DNA of 64,000 nucleotides from a virus (IMGVR_UViG_3300020045_006153:51550-115549); one strand, 5' to 3'. Positions 46,532-55,492 are shown, counted from the first letter of the stretch. The notes: generated from the sequence alone by a model not told the origin. Made by a program: numbers and translations.

Positions 46532-46760
46532 TTATTTTAATCGTATTGGGTATAAACCAAAATACTTTCTAGGTGATCGTGTATTTGGCCATTACAAAAA
46601 AATTCCGTTCATTGGTACTGTGGGCAACGATACTATTATCTCTGAAATAGAAGGCCCACGGATTTCTATACATTTAGATCTCCCAATGAAGATTGACAAT
46701 GCATATAGAAATGTTATAATAGTTAAACACAAGGATATTAAAAAACTTGTAGAATTTTAA
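46500..46760 (+). CDS. hypothetical protein
   Basis: 86-aa ORF. Confidence 0.4.
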   Translation: MGLMKMVTQTDYFNRIGYKPKYFLGDRVFGHYKKIPFIGTVGNDTIISEIEGPRISIHLDLPMKIDNAYRNVIIVKHKDIKKLVEF

Positions 46761-46761
46761 T

Positions 46762-46838
46762 GCGCTGGTAGCCTAGATGGTAAGGGCAGTTGCCTCTAAA
46801 ACAACAAGTAGTGGGTTCGAATCCCATCCAGCGCGCCA
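46762..46838 (+). tRNA. tRNA with anticodon CUA (amber/UAG suppressor; Gln/Trp-type scaffold, G73 discriminator, encoded CCA)
   Basis: Cloverleaf: acceptor GCGCTGG/CCAGCGC, D-stem GCCT/GGGC, anticodon stem GTTGC/ACAAC (one C-A mismatch), loop CT-CTA-AA with U33, 5-nt variable loop, T-arm GTGGG-TTCGAAT-CCCAT. Confidence 0.75.
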
Positions 46839-46849
46839 AAGGATAATAA

Positions 46850-47110
46850 ATGACACCCGAGTATATTGAATTTAAAGAGCAAGTTAAAAAGCAGCGGGCA
46901 GTGATTGCCCGCAAAGAAGCACTTGTAGACAAGCAACGAGCGATTCTCAAAAAATTAATCGTTAAATGCACACATGAAGAAGTAGTACAAAAAGATTCAT
47001 ATTTCTCGGGTAGTTACGATAATAAAGCATCTACTGATTATTGGATGCAATGTACACTATGCGGAGAGCGCGGTCCTATTAAAACAGTAACGCACAGTTA
47101 CTACGGATAA
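46850..47110 (+). CDS. hypothetical protein with C-terminal CxxC
   Basis: 86-aa ORF. Confidence 0.4.
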   Translation: MTPEYIEFKEQVKKQRAVIARKEALVDKQRAILKKLIVKCTHEEVVQKDSYFSGSYDNKASTDYWMQCTLCGERGPIKTVTHSYYG

Positions 47111-47111
47111 T

Positions 47112-47315
47112 ATGAGTCAATTTTTTCAATTTAAATACCACAATGATCCTAAGCGGCTATACCGAGATTCGTTTCATCAGAGTATAATGAAATTCGCAGC
47201 AACGCCTGGCAATATATATGATTCCAATGATCGAGGTCAACCAGGGCGGTTTAATAAATGGAACAAACTACCAGTTAAAGCCTGGTTGTTGTATTGGCGT
47301 TTCCATAAGAAATAA
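47112..47315 (+). CDS. hypothetical protein
   Basis: 67-aa ORF. Confidence 0.35.
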   Translation: MSQFFQFKYHNDPKRLYRDSFHQSIMKFAATPGNIYDSNDRGQPGRFNKWNKLPVKAWLLYWRFHKK

Positions 47316-47400
47316 ATAGAATTTGTACTAATAGGTAGTACAACTAAACAGAGTTTAATGTGGGCTCTTACTCTGTGGGCCGTTACAATTAGGAAAGAAA

Positions 47401-48333
47401 ATGATGTATAATAATAAACTCGTCGCGAGTATAAAAGCCAACGGTAAAATTCTTCGTGAATTTAAAGACACAGTCTATATCCCCTTCGGGCAAGAATATA
47501 GTTTCCTGTTAAAAAATCTCAATACAAAACGTGCAATTGTAAACATCTTTATCGATGGTGATAATGTTGTCCCTGGCGGACTTGTTATCGATGTAGGCCG
47601 TGAGATTAATCTCGAACGTGCAATTCGTAACGGCAATCTCACAGAAGGCAATAAATTTAAATTTATTGAGCGTACTTCACTAATCGAAGATGGACCACGA
47701 GGTATTAAACTCGAAGACGGATTAATCCGTATTGAGTATCAATTTGAACTATATGCGCCGCAGGTATTTAATATTCACCAAAAATGGGTTCCTGGACACT
47801 ACGAATATGACAAATATCAATTTAACAATGTATGGCGCGGCCTTGATCAACAAGTATACGGTAATCTCGGCAATTCGACTATAGGTGGTGCTTCTGGATC
47901 TATCGATCAAGGTCTAGTAGACACGGGCGGACAACTTCGTCGAGTTGATATGTCAAAGAACGGATCAGCAATGGCGCAAGCAGCATCTACGAATGTTTCA
48001 AATTATTGCGCAGACAATGGCATTAAGAATAGTGTAGAGTTTCACGACGGTAGTGCTACAATGGATTGGTCAGATTCTATGCCAAAGAATGATGTTGGCA
48101 TTACTGTTCCTGGAAGTAAAAGTAGCCAAATGTTTCAAACAATTACAGTCGGTACACTTGAAACAGAAAAGCATACTATCATCTTTAAATTGCTAGGCGA
48201 GACCGGCGATAATAAGCCAGTACTAGATCCAGTCACTGTTACATCAAAAACTAAGTGTACTACTTGCGGAATCCAAAGCAAACGTAACGCTAAGTTCTGT
48301 GCACATTGCGGAACTGCATTGGAAATATTATAA
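47401..48333 (+). CDS. hypothetical protein with C-terminal zinc ribbon
   Basis: 310 aa, CTTCG...CAHCG. Confidence 0.45.
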   Translation: MMYNNKLVASIKANGKILREFKDTVYIPFGQEYSFLLKNLNTKRAIVNIFIDGDNVVPGGLVIDVGREINLERAIRNGNLTEGNKFKFIERTSLIEDGPRGIKLEDGLIRIEYQFELYAPQVFNIHQKWVPGHYEYDKYQFNNVWRGLDQQVYGNLGNSTIGGASGSIDQGLVDTGGQLRRVDMSKNGSAMAQAASTNVSNYCADNGIKNSVEFHDGSATMDWSDSMPKNDVGITVPGSKSSQMFQTITVGTLETEKHTIIFKLLGETGDNKPVLDPVTVTSKTKCTTCGIQSKRNAKFCAHCGTALEIL

Positions 48334-48340
48334 ATACTTG

Positions 48341-48613
48341 ATGCGTATAAATGAACTAATATTGGAACTATCTTTTCAAGGTAGCCCTTGCACTAAGGAT
48401 TGCAGCGGACACATGGCAGGTTATAATTGGGCACAAAAACATCCAATGACACCTGCTGCATCTCCTAGCAAAAGTTTTAATAATGGTGCAGGAATTGCAG
48501 CCAATCAATCAAAGCCTGGTGTGAGACCTAAGATACGTAATGCACAAGGTAAATTTGCTTCTCATCCTATTGTAAAGCCAAAAAGGTTGACTCCTACTGT
48601 ACCCCGTGTATAA
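48341..48613 (+). CDS. hypothetical protein with N-terminal MRINELILE motif
   Basis: In-frame ATG 48341 of track ORF 48299..48613. Confidence 0.4.
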   Translation: MRINELILELSFQGSPCTKDCSGHMAGYNWAQKHPMTPAASPSKSFNNGAGIAANQSKPGVRPKIRNAQGKFASHPIVKPKRLTPTVPRV

Positions 48614-48651
48614 TTAATAGTATGCAAATGTAGATCATTTATCAATTAAGA

Positions 48652-48700
48652 ACTAGCCCACACGCCTATCCATGGAAGCGCAACATTGTGGGCTTTTTAA
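48652..48700. terminator. possible terminator hairpin (GCCCACA...TGTGGGC + TTTT)
   Basis: 7-bp stem with long loop, T-run. Confidence 0.3.
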
Positions 48701-48806
48701 CGACTGAAAGGAAGTATATGTAGATTCATATTAACGGCCCTCCTTAAGTGTATTACTCAATCTAGTCAGTAATCATTTCCAAACACTTAACAATCAGGAG
48801 AAACAA

Positions 48807-49130
48807 ATGGAAAACCAATTTAACATCACTAAAGAACAATACCTTACAATGCTTTCAACTTGGAGAGCAAAAAAGGAACACGATACAGCGGATATTATCC
48901 TTTACAACATTTTACGAACTAAGCCTGCTGATCGCGGATTTATTGCCAAAGGTAAAAACATACAAGGGAACGATCCTTGGTATGCGTACCATAATGCGTT
49001 GTACATTGCGCGTAGTCGTGTGAGGATAACTAACCCCGGTCTTGAATCACGGAAAGAAGCGTTTAAGAAAACTTTTGGGTTCGATGCGCCCGAGGGAATG
49101 GCAGAGAAGTTCGAAGGAGCAAAGAAATGA
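48807..49130 (+). CDS. hypothetical protein
   Basis: 107-aa ORF with AGGAGA RBS. Confidence 0.45.
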   Translation: MENQFNITKEQYLTMLSTWRAKKEHDTADIILYNILRTKPADRGFIAKGKNIQGNDPWYAYHNALYIARSRVRITNPGLESRKEAFKKTFGFDAPEGMAEKFEGAKK

Positions 49131-49429
49131 ACCCATACATGTATTTGTTTATTCGAAGTGACTTGTCAATCCCTCAACAAATTGTGCAAACCGCACATGC
49201 AGTTGATGAGATAGGAATGCGTTATAAATCCAAAGGCACTAACTATATGGTATTGTGCGATGCTGCAAATGCCGATCACCTCAACACAATTGCAGAATGC
49301 CTTGATAAAAATGAGATCGATTACGAAATGTTTTTTGAACCTGATATAGGAGAGTATACTGCAATTGCTACTCGTCCGTTAATTGGAGCAGAACGAAGGC
49401 CACTTCGTAAGTTTCGACTAAAAAATTAA
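49127..49429 (+). CDS. pth2: peptidyl-tRNA hydrolase, PTH2 family-like
   Basis: FIRSDLSIPQQIVQTAHAV and EPDIGEYTAIATRPLIG align with PTH2 motifs (R-x-D-L...AQ..HA and GxT.xxxxIGP), 100 aa. Confidence 0.5.
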   Translation: MNPYMYLFIRSDLSIPQQIVQTAHAVDEIGMRYKSKGTNYMVLCDAANADHLNTIAECLDKNEIDYEMFFEPDIGEYTAIATRPLIGAERRPLRKFRLKN

Positions 49430-49791
49430 CAATGGTCTTCTGTTGGGTCAAACACGTCTAGCAGATTTGTGCAAATATAATCTGCTAGATGTTTTCTCCA
49501 ATTACTACTATGTTTATTATGTCTAGATAATCTAGTAGTAACTAATAATTCTTTAGGAATTTCTAAAAACAAAATTGTTGCTACGAATATATTAGAAAAT
49601 ACATCAAGTACTGCACCAATTGCTACAAATGGTGCACTCAACAGCATAGTAAAAATAGTTAATTTTTTATTAAGGAATGCTCTATATATTCCCATTACTA
49701 ATACGTATGCTCCCCAAAATATCCAAAAATAAATTATAATTATAATAATGTAATTTATTGAATTGTTAAATAAATTTATAGTGTCTAACAT
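49426..49791 (-). CDS. small membrane protein (the only internal minus-strand gene)
   Basis: 121 aa, 3 hydrophobic segments, GGAG RBS 7 nt upstream of the ATG. Confidence 0.45.
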   Translation of the reverse strand: MLDTINLFNNSINYIIIIIIYFWIFWGAYVLVMGIYRAFLNKKLTIFTMLLSAPFVAIGAVLDVFSNIFVATILFLEIPKELLVTTRLSRHNKHSSNWRKHLADYICTNLLDVFDPTEDHC

Positions 49792-49861
49792 CAGTAACTC
49801 CAGTGTATAATATTTATTTCAAATTATCTTTTTAAATAAATAGATACATTAGGGCCACACT

Positions 49862-50647
49862 ATGCGTTTACAAGAATTATTTGAGTCTGCAGAAGAAGAT
49901 AGGGCATTAATCTCCTTAGCAAATGAAGTATATAATAAAATAACACCGTACTTAGGTGATGTTGATTATAATACAATGTATACTTCTCCTGAACAAGAAT
50001 TAATTCAACTCGGTAAAATTGAAAATATAGCAGATACTCCGTTGCATGTATTAAATTCAGTGTCAATTGAACTCCAAGGTAATGATTCATTTATTGAACG
50101 TGCTAAAGATCCCGAAGAAGATGCGTCAATGTATGAAGGCAAAGAATTATCAGCATTCTATGAGGCTGACACAAATACCGTTGTTCTTAATTTAAAATTT
50201 ATAAACAGACATAGAACAAAAACTACAATCACACACGAACTCAGGCATGCATTAGACGAATTCAAATCAGGTTCATATCCCGGAAATGCAAAGCGATATT
50301 TTACTCCAAAGAAAAAGCAACATCAACGAGATGAAAAAGTGGCGTACCTTGCTAAACCTGCAGAAATAAATGCAAGATTTGTTGAGATTCTCGATGTGCT
50401 AACTAAGCGTATTCCTAAATGGTATGACAAACTACCAGAGAACGAAATCCGTTCAAGGTTACAACATGATTTAAATCAAATGTTTATAACATTCGATATT
50501 GCGAATTTATTTCCTGAAAAAACAAAGTCGAAAGATTATCAAAGATTGATCAAACGCGCATATCAATTTATGGAAAAAGAAATGCAACATGTTGAATCTG
50601 AGAGAGCAAGGGCAGGTACACCGAAGATTGCTTCGGGACGTTGGTAA
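49862..50647 (+). CDS. HExxH motif protein with N-terminal MRLQELFE motif
   Basis: ITHELRHALDE, 261 aa. Confidence 0.45.
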   Translation: MRLQELFESAEEDRALISLANEVYNKITPYLGDVDYNTMYTSPEQELIQLGKIENIADTPLHVLNSVSIELQGNDSFIERAKDPEEDASMYEGKELSAFYEADTNTVVLNLKFINRHRTKTTITHELRHALDEFKSGSYPGNAKRYFTPKKKQHQRDEKVAYLAKPAEINARFVEILDVLTKRIPKWYDKLPENEIRSRLQHDLNQMFITFDIANLFPEKTKSKDYQRLIKRAYQFMEKEMQHVESERARAGTPKIASGRW

Positions 50648-50649
50648 TT

Positions 50650-50994
50650 TAATCACTAAAAAGTGTTGACAAAATAAGTAGTTTACTATATAATTAATGT
50701 ATAGCGAAAGTTATACAGTTAGAGTGAGTACCGCAATTTAAATACAATAAATGGTATAGAACGCGGCCCGGTGGGGCTTTATACAATAGAAATGTTGTAC
50801 GCAGAAGGAATATCTAGACGGCAGAATGCCGATATGTGCCGCGCAGACACAATGTGGAGTAGGGTACTGCCGAATCAGTAATATGGTTGTGCTACGAAGT
50901 CCCTTCTAGGGTAGACAAACAACCAAACAATAAATTATTGTGTAGCAACTCACTCTGTTTTTAATTTTACATTTTTACACACAGAAAGAGTTTT
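50650..50994 (+). ncRNA. candidate structured non-coding RNA (unclassified) upstream of the TROVE-like/vWA gene
   Basis: 345-nt ORF-free, GC-enriched region with long-range complementarity (CGCGGC...GCCGCG) and local hairpins (CGGCAgaaTGCCG). Promoter TTGACA-17-TATAAT at 50668-50696. Confidence 0.3.
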
Positions 50995-51522
50995 ATGGAA
51001 TTTATTATGGGTATTCTGCTAGGAATTGCAGTTTATGCACTCACGTGGCCGGCATTGATTGGTCTGCTTATTATCGGTGTTATTTTTGAAGCAAATGATG
51101 CACATGCATGGGCAATGTTTACTGGAATAGTATCAGCAGTAATTGCATACTTCTTCTTCCACATCGATCCTATGTCAATTATCATGTATGTTATTGCATA
51201 CTTTGTAATTGGTTTTGTATGGTGTGCATGGCGTTACAAGCGTTATGCAAATGATATTGTTGAGAAGTTTAAAAACAGTAACAAATACGAACGTCAATCG
51301 GCTGTTGCACGTCTCCACCCAACCCGTATGTTGGATAAGTTGACTACTTGGGTAATAGTTTGGCCGTTTAGCGTAGTTGAGAATTTCACCGGTGATTTCA
51401 TCAAACTGGTTCAAATTGGTATTACTAAGATCTTCAAGGGTGTGTTCCACCGTATTTACGAAGTCGCTGTTAATCAACTGCTTCCTAAAGAAGACGAAGT
51501 AGAAGAAGACAAAGTTAAGTAA
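50995..51522 (+). CDS. membrane protein
   Basis: 175 aa, 3-4 TM segments, acidic C-terminus. Confidence 0.45.
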   Translation: MEFIMGILLGIAVYALTWPALIGLLIIGVIFEANDAHAWAMFTGIVSAVIAYFFFHIDPMSIIMYVIAYFVIGFVWCAWRYKRYANDIVEKFKNSNKYERQSAVARLHPTRMLDKLTTWVIVWPFSVVENFTGDFIKLVQIGITKIFKGVFHRIYEVAVNQLLPKEDEVEEDKVK

Positions 51523-51526
51523 AATA

Positions 51527-51556
51527 TTACTTGACGCAGAATGCAAAGTAGTGTAT
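51527..51556 (+). promoter_or_regulatory. promoter TTGACG-17-TATAAT
   Basis: Upstream of 51659. Confidence 0.4.
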
Positions 51557-51658
51557 AATTTACATTACTTTGTTTAGTAAGGGCACTAACATATACAGTG
51601 CCCTGTTGTATAGGTTATATACAGCAAATTTTTTAATAGTAACCTGAAGGAAAATAAA

Positions 51659-53056
51659 ATGAATAGTTTCGTAACCGCAGTTAACACTGTACCGACCATG
51701 ACACGCACCGAAAACGGTATGCGTACTCTGGAATCCAGCAAGAGCAATCTTGTTGACTTGTTCTTTGCTATTGGCGCAAGCCGTGGTAAGGACTTGAGCA
51801 CCGAGTTTGCTCGTGCACTTGCACAAGACTCTACCCTTGCTTTGCGTATGCTTGCATGGGCACGTGACGTGCGTGGTGGTGCAGGTGAACGTGAAGTTGT
51901 GCGCAAGATTCTGTTGAATCTTGAAAAGACCAACCCAGAAGCGTTGGATCGTATTTTGCCACACCTGGCAGAATTTGGTCGTTGGGATGACCTGTTGATC
52001 TTCAACACAAAGCCAGTTAAGGCTAAGGCCTTTACTATGATCGGTGATGCACTTCGTGTGCGTAACGGTCTGGCTGCAAAGTGGATGCCTCGTCAAGGAC
52101 CGCTTGCTGCAGAACTGCGTACTTTCTTTGGAATGTCGCCTAAGTTCTACCGTAAGTCGCTTGTTGAAATGAGCAAGACTGTTGAGCAAAACATGTGTGC
52201 TAACGATTGGACAAACATTGAGTACTCGCATGTGCCATCCGTGGCTGCATCGCGTTACCAAAAGGCGTTCAAGAAGCACGATGCAGTTGGTTACGATGCG
52301 TACAAGGCTAAGTTGGTTACCGGCGAAGCAAAGGTAAATGCTGCGGCAGTTTACCCATACGATGTTATCAAAGCACATAAGTTCGGTGGAGATAACATTG
52401 TTATTCAAGCCCAATGGGATGCACTGCCGAACTACATCGGTGATGAACTTGTTCTGCCAATGTGTGACGTTTCGGGTTCCATGGGTACCCCAGCTGGACA
52501 AAACGGAAACGTAACTTGTCTTGATGTGTGTTTGAGCCTTGGCTTGTACTTGGCTGATAAGAACACTGGACCGTTCAAGGACATGTTCCTTACGTTCTCT
52601 GCAAAGAGCAAGATCGAAGTATTGAAGGGAAACCTGCTTGCTAAATTGGCTCAATTGCAACGTGCACAATGGGATATGAACACTAACCTTAACTCGGCAT
52701 TTGAAGAAGTGCTGCGTGTTGCTAAGGCTGGAAATGTTAGTGCAAATGATATGCCTAAGTATGTGTTGATCATGTCGGATATGCAGTTTGATCGTTGTGC
52801 AAACTACGATGACTCTGCGATGCGTATGATCGAACGTAAGTATGCAGATGCTGGATACGTTGTCCCTAACATCGTATTCTGGAACTTGAATTCCCGTGCA
52901 GGACAATCTCCTGTGGAGTTCAACAAGAAGGGTGCTGCATTGGTCTCCGGATTCAGCCCAGCAATCCTAAAGAGCATTTTGGCTGCTGAGGATCTTGATC
53001 CTACCAGCGTAATGCTGCAAACTTTGAACAGCGACCGTTACTCTGTAATTGTCTAA
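51659..53056 (+). CDS. vWA-domain protein with N-terminal TROVE-like (Ro60/DUF2828-like) region
   Basis: MIDAS motif PMCDVSGSMG. N-terminal LVDLFFAIGASRG...ALRMLAWARD resembles the Ro60 TROVE helical repeats. 465 aa. Confidence 0.55.
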   Translation: MNSFVTAVNTVPTMTRTENGMRTLESSKSNLVDLFFAIGASRGKDLSTEFARALAQDSTLALRMLAWARDVRGGAGEREVVRKILLNLEKTNPEALDRILPHLAEFGRWDDLLIFNTKPVKAKAFTMIGDALRVRNGLAAKWMPRQGPLAAELRTFFGMSPKFYRKSLVEMSKTVEQNMCANDWTNIEYSHVPSVAASRYQKAFKKHDAVGYDAYKAKLVTGEAKVNAAAVYPYDVIKAHKFGGDNIVIQAQWDALPNYIGDELVLPMCDVSGSMGTPAGQNGNVTCLDVCLSLGLYLADKNTGPFKDMFLTFSAKSKIEVLKGNLLAKLAQLQRAQWDMNTNLNSAFEEVLRVAKAGNVSANDMPKYVLIMSDMQFDRCANYDDSAMRMIERKYADAGYVVPNIVFWNLNSRAGQSPVEFNKKGAALVSGFSPAILKSILAAEDLDPTSVMLQTLNSDRYSVIV

Positions 53057-53070
53057 GCTGGCAAAGACAA

Positions 53071-53096
53071 AAAGGCCCTTTGGGGCCTTTTTTATT
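53071..53096. terminator. intrinsic terminator (AAAGGCCC-tttg-GGGCCTTT + TTT)
   Basis: Strong GC stem plus T-tract. Confidence 0.7.
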
Positions 53097-53129
53097 GACT
53101 TAAAGTTCTGTAAAGCGTAAACTATAGAT

Positions 53130-53348
53130 ATGCGTTACGTTACACCAAACGACAAGTGGAAATATTGGAGGAGTTTGAGAACGATCTCAAACAACGCAGG
53201 CTTTAAATTCGCCACAAAATCACATAATGATCTTATGATCAAACAATATGGAATTGAATTAATGTTTAATGATATAGGATTTATGGTAAATCAATATAAA
53301 GTTGTAGACGAAGCAGCGTATCTAATATGGTTATTAAAGTATGCGTAA
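53130..53348 (+). CDS. small protein, possible divergent LKW-family member
   Basis: C-terminus VVDEAAYLIWLLKYA. Confidence 0.35.
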   Translation: MRYVTPNDKWKYWRSLRTISNNAGFKFATKSHNDLMIKQYGIELMFNDIGFMVNQYKVVDEAAYLIWLLKYA

Positions 53349-53523
53349 AATAAGAAAATGGTGCAGTCACTGCATGTCTAAAACTCATAACGATTATGAG
53401 TGTTGGAGTACAAGGGTTGTAAATAACATTCCAGCATATATCGCTCGTCCAGCGGAAGTGCCTCCTTTTTCGAAATCAGCACTTACTATAATTTGTTACT
53501 TAGTAGCGCATAACTTAATTTAA
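53341..53523 (+). CDS. small Cys/His-rich protein
   Basis: 60-aa ORF, CSHC...C. Confidence 0.3.
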   Translation: MRKIRKWCSHCMSKTHNDYECWSTRVVNNIPAYIARPAEVPPFSKSALTIICYLVAHNLI

Positions 53524-53990
53524 AATACACATTTACAACAGTTGCTAGCGTCGGCTTACATCGGGCGCCTATGATAACAGGACCTCGGGTCACTGGGACA
53601 GCAAATCTCCTCGGTTGAAAGGAGTACTTGGTCACTACCCTGCGGGATGATGATCGGATACGCCTTCGTACAACCGATTTGACCATTTGAAAAATTAAAA
53701 CTCAAAAGGCTAAAGAAGGGAGAAAAACCCTACGCTACATTGCTTGCTAGCATTAGCAATGTAGCCGCCGTCGTATAAAGACGCAACTCGAGGTACCGGA
53801 CGACCGCCTCTGTAATTGTTGTAATGCTGTGACTGTAAAGAACTCGGATAATGTTTTCTTGATTTTATTTTTGCCCTTTCTGGGCAAAGAGTGACCATTG
53901 AATCTGGATAATATCTCTCTAATCTAATATGTGTTGAACCGCAGGTGAAAACACATACGAGCAACGCTCGTATTATACGATAGTCTTAAA
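53524..53990 (+). ncRNA. candidate large structured non-coding RNA (unclassified)
   Basis: About 470-nt ORF-poor GC-enriched region with multiple perfect hairpins (GCTACATTGC-12nt-GCAATGTAGC; TTGCCC-tttct-GGGCAA; ACGAGC-aac-GCTCGT; ATCGG...CCGAT). Confidence 0.3.
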
Positions 53991-53991
53991 G

Positions 53992-54020
53992 TTGACAGCG
54001 TAGGTAAATCCTGTTATAAT
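53992..54020 (+). promoter_or_regulatory. phage promoter class: TTGACA-N5-GGTAAATCCTGTT-ATAAT
   Basis: Conserved spacer element. Confidence 0.5.
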
Positions 54021-54040
54021 TAAGTTAAGAAAGATAACCT

Positions 54041-54877
54041 ATGACTAAATTTAATCTCGTATCAGACATGCATTTAAACTTCGGAGACATTGTAATGCCC
54101 GGAGGTGATTGTCTCATTATGGCCGGTGATATCATGGAAGCAGGTGACCTGCGTTTAGCAGACAATGCACAGAAAAATGTATTCATTGCTGATAGGTACC
54201 GCAGGTTTATCAAAGAAGAACTCAGCAAGTACAATAAAGTAATCTATGTGCTAGGTAATCACGAGCACTACGATAACGCATATCAGAATACGTTAAGCCG
54301 CCTGCAAGATGAAATGCCAATGCATGTAGAAATTCTTGAGGGCACTTCTACAACATTTGACGGAGTGCATGTATTCGGTGGTACTTTCTGGACTGATATG
54401 AACAAAGGTGATCCTATTACTATGCATACTGTAGAAGAAGGTATGAATGATTTTAATTGCATTCGTCATGAAAACGGTACTAAAGTAAAAATTGCATACG
54501 GCGGAAGTTACTATACTAACAAGTTTAAACCAGCGTTTGTTAAGAACGTTTTTCATGAAACTGTTGCAAAACTCAGCAAATTTTGTGAAGAACATGCCGA
54601 AGATAAGGTGGTTGTTGTAAGTCATCATGCACCTACTGAACTAAGCCTAGATCCTATGTATAACAAACAATATCATATGAATGGTGCTTATCATAGTAGG
54701 TTAGGTGATTATATTATTGATCGCCCTTGCATTAAAGCATGGGTACACGGGCATGTGCACACGTTTAATGATTACAGCATGGGCGAAAACTGTCGTGTTA
54801 TTAGTAATCCTCGAGGATATCACGGATATGAAGTACTTGCTAATAGTTTTGATCCAACATTTAGTTTCGAAGTATAA
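54041..54877 (+). CDS. calcineurin-like metallophosphoesterase
   Basis: GDIMEAGD and GNHEHYD motifs, 278 aa. Confidence 0.7.
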   Translation: MTKFNLVSDMHLNFGDIVMPGGDCLIMAGDIMEAGDLRLADNAQKNVFIADRYRRFIKEELSKYNKVIYVLGNHEHYDNAYQNTLSRLQDEMPMHVEILEGTSTTFDGVHVFGGTFWTDMNKGDPITMHTVEEGMNDFNCIRHENGTKVKIAYGGSYYTNKFKPAFVKNVFHETVAKLSKFCEEHAEDKVVVVSHHAPTELSLDPMYNKQYHMNGAYHSRLGDYIIDRPCIKAWVHGHVHTFNDYSMGENCRVISNPRGYHGYEVLANSFDPTFSFEV

Positions 54878-55206
54878 TGTTTGTAGACTATGATGTTAAT
54901 AGTATGTATGCTAGTATTCCTCCATCTGCACTACCTGAACAACGAATGGAGTTAGGAGAAACATATGTAAACGAAGCTTCGTCGTATGCTACTGAGCAAG
55001 ACGAAGTTGAGTTTTATTGGGTAAAGCCTGCTTGGTCCCTTACTAATTGGGATTACAATGCATCTATATACGATTGGTGTGTTAACAAGTTTGGAAAACC
55101 TGAATGGAATGTAAGTAAAGGGTATTCTAGATGGACAGGTAGTGATGGTAAATTTTATTTCAGAGATGAAAGAGATCGTACTATGTTTATTTTAAAGTGG
55201 TCATAA
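54877..55206 (+). CDS. LKW-family small protein 1
   Basis: ...DWCVNKFGKPEWN...GKFYFRDERDRTMFILKWS. Confidence 0.55.
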   Translation: MFVDYDVNSMYASIPPSALPEQRMELGETYVNEASSYATEQDEVEFYWVKPAWSLTNWDYNASIYDWCVNKFGKPEWNVSKGYSRWTGSDGKFYFRDERDRTMFILKWS

Positions 55207-55415
55207 TGATAAAATATAGATTGCCCTCAATAAATGATCCTCTTTGGACACAATATGCTTACTTAGGGTTTAGTGATTCAGGATACATCGGGTTTAGAAA
55301 ATTTGTAGAGGCCAAAGTCTCAGGTGCAAAAGTAGAAGGAACAACTGCTCGCGGTCTTACGCTATACTTTGAAGAAGAAAAGGACTTTACACTATTTGTA
55401 TTGAAATGGACATGA
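55197..55415 (+). CDS. LKW-family small protein 2
   Basis: ...LTLYFEEEKDFTLFVLKWT. Confidence 0.55.
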   Translation: MVIMIKYRLPSINDPLWTQYAYLGFSDSGYIGFRKFVEAKVSGAKVEGTTARGLTLYFEEEKDFTLFVLKWT

Positions 55416-55492
55416 CTATAGAATGTACAGATTTTATGACAGTGTTTGATACATTGGAAAAGGTAAGTGGCATAAAGTTTCGCTGAACACCA

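Noticed and set aside
46762-46838. Whole-genome TAG-to-sense genetic code reassignment, as in recoded crAss/Lak phages
   Set aside because: All large conserved genes in the window are intact under the standard code, and TAG is used as a genuine stop at 1243..1671, 11763..11987 and 40842..41207. The CUA tRNA is therefore interpreted as a suppressor acting on a subset of messages, not as evidence of full recoding.
51560-52906. 448-aa minus-strand ORF (also 51586..52008)
   Set aside because: Antisense to the vWA/TROVE-like gene, which carries clear motifs (MIDAS) and a promoter, RBS and terminator. The antisense translation is Cys/His/Arg-rich nonsense.
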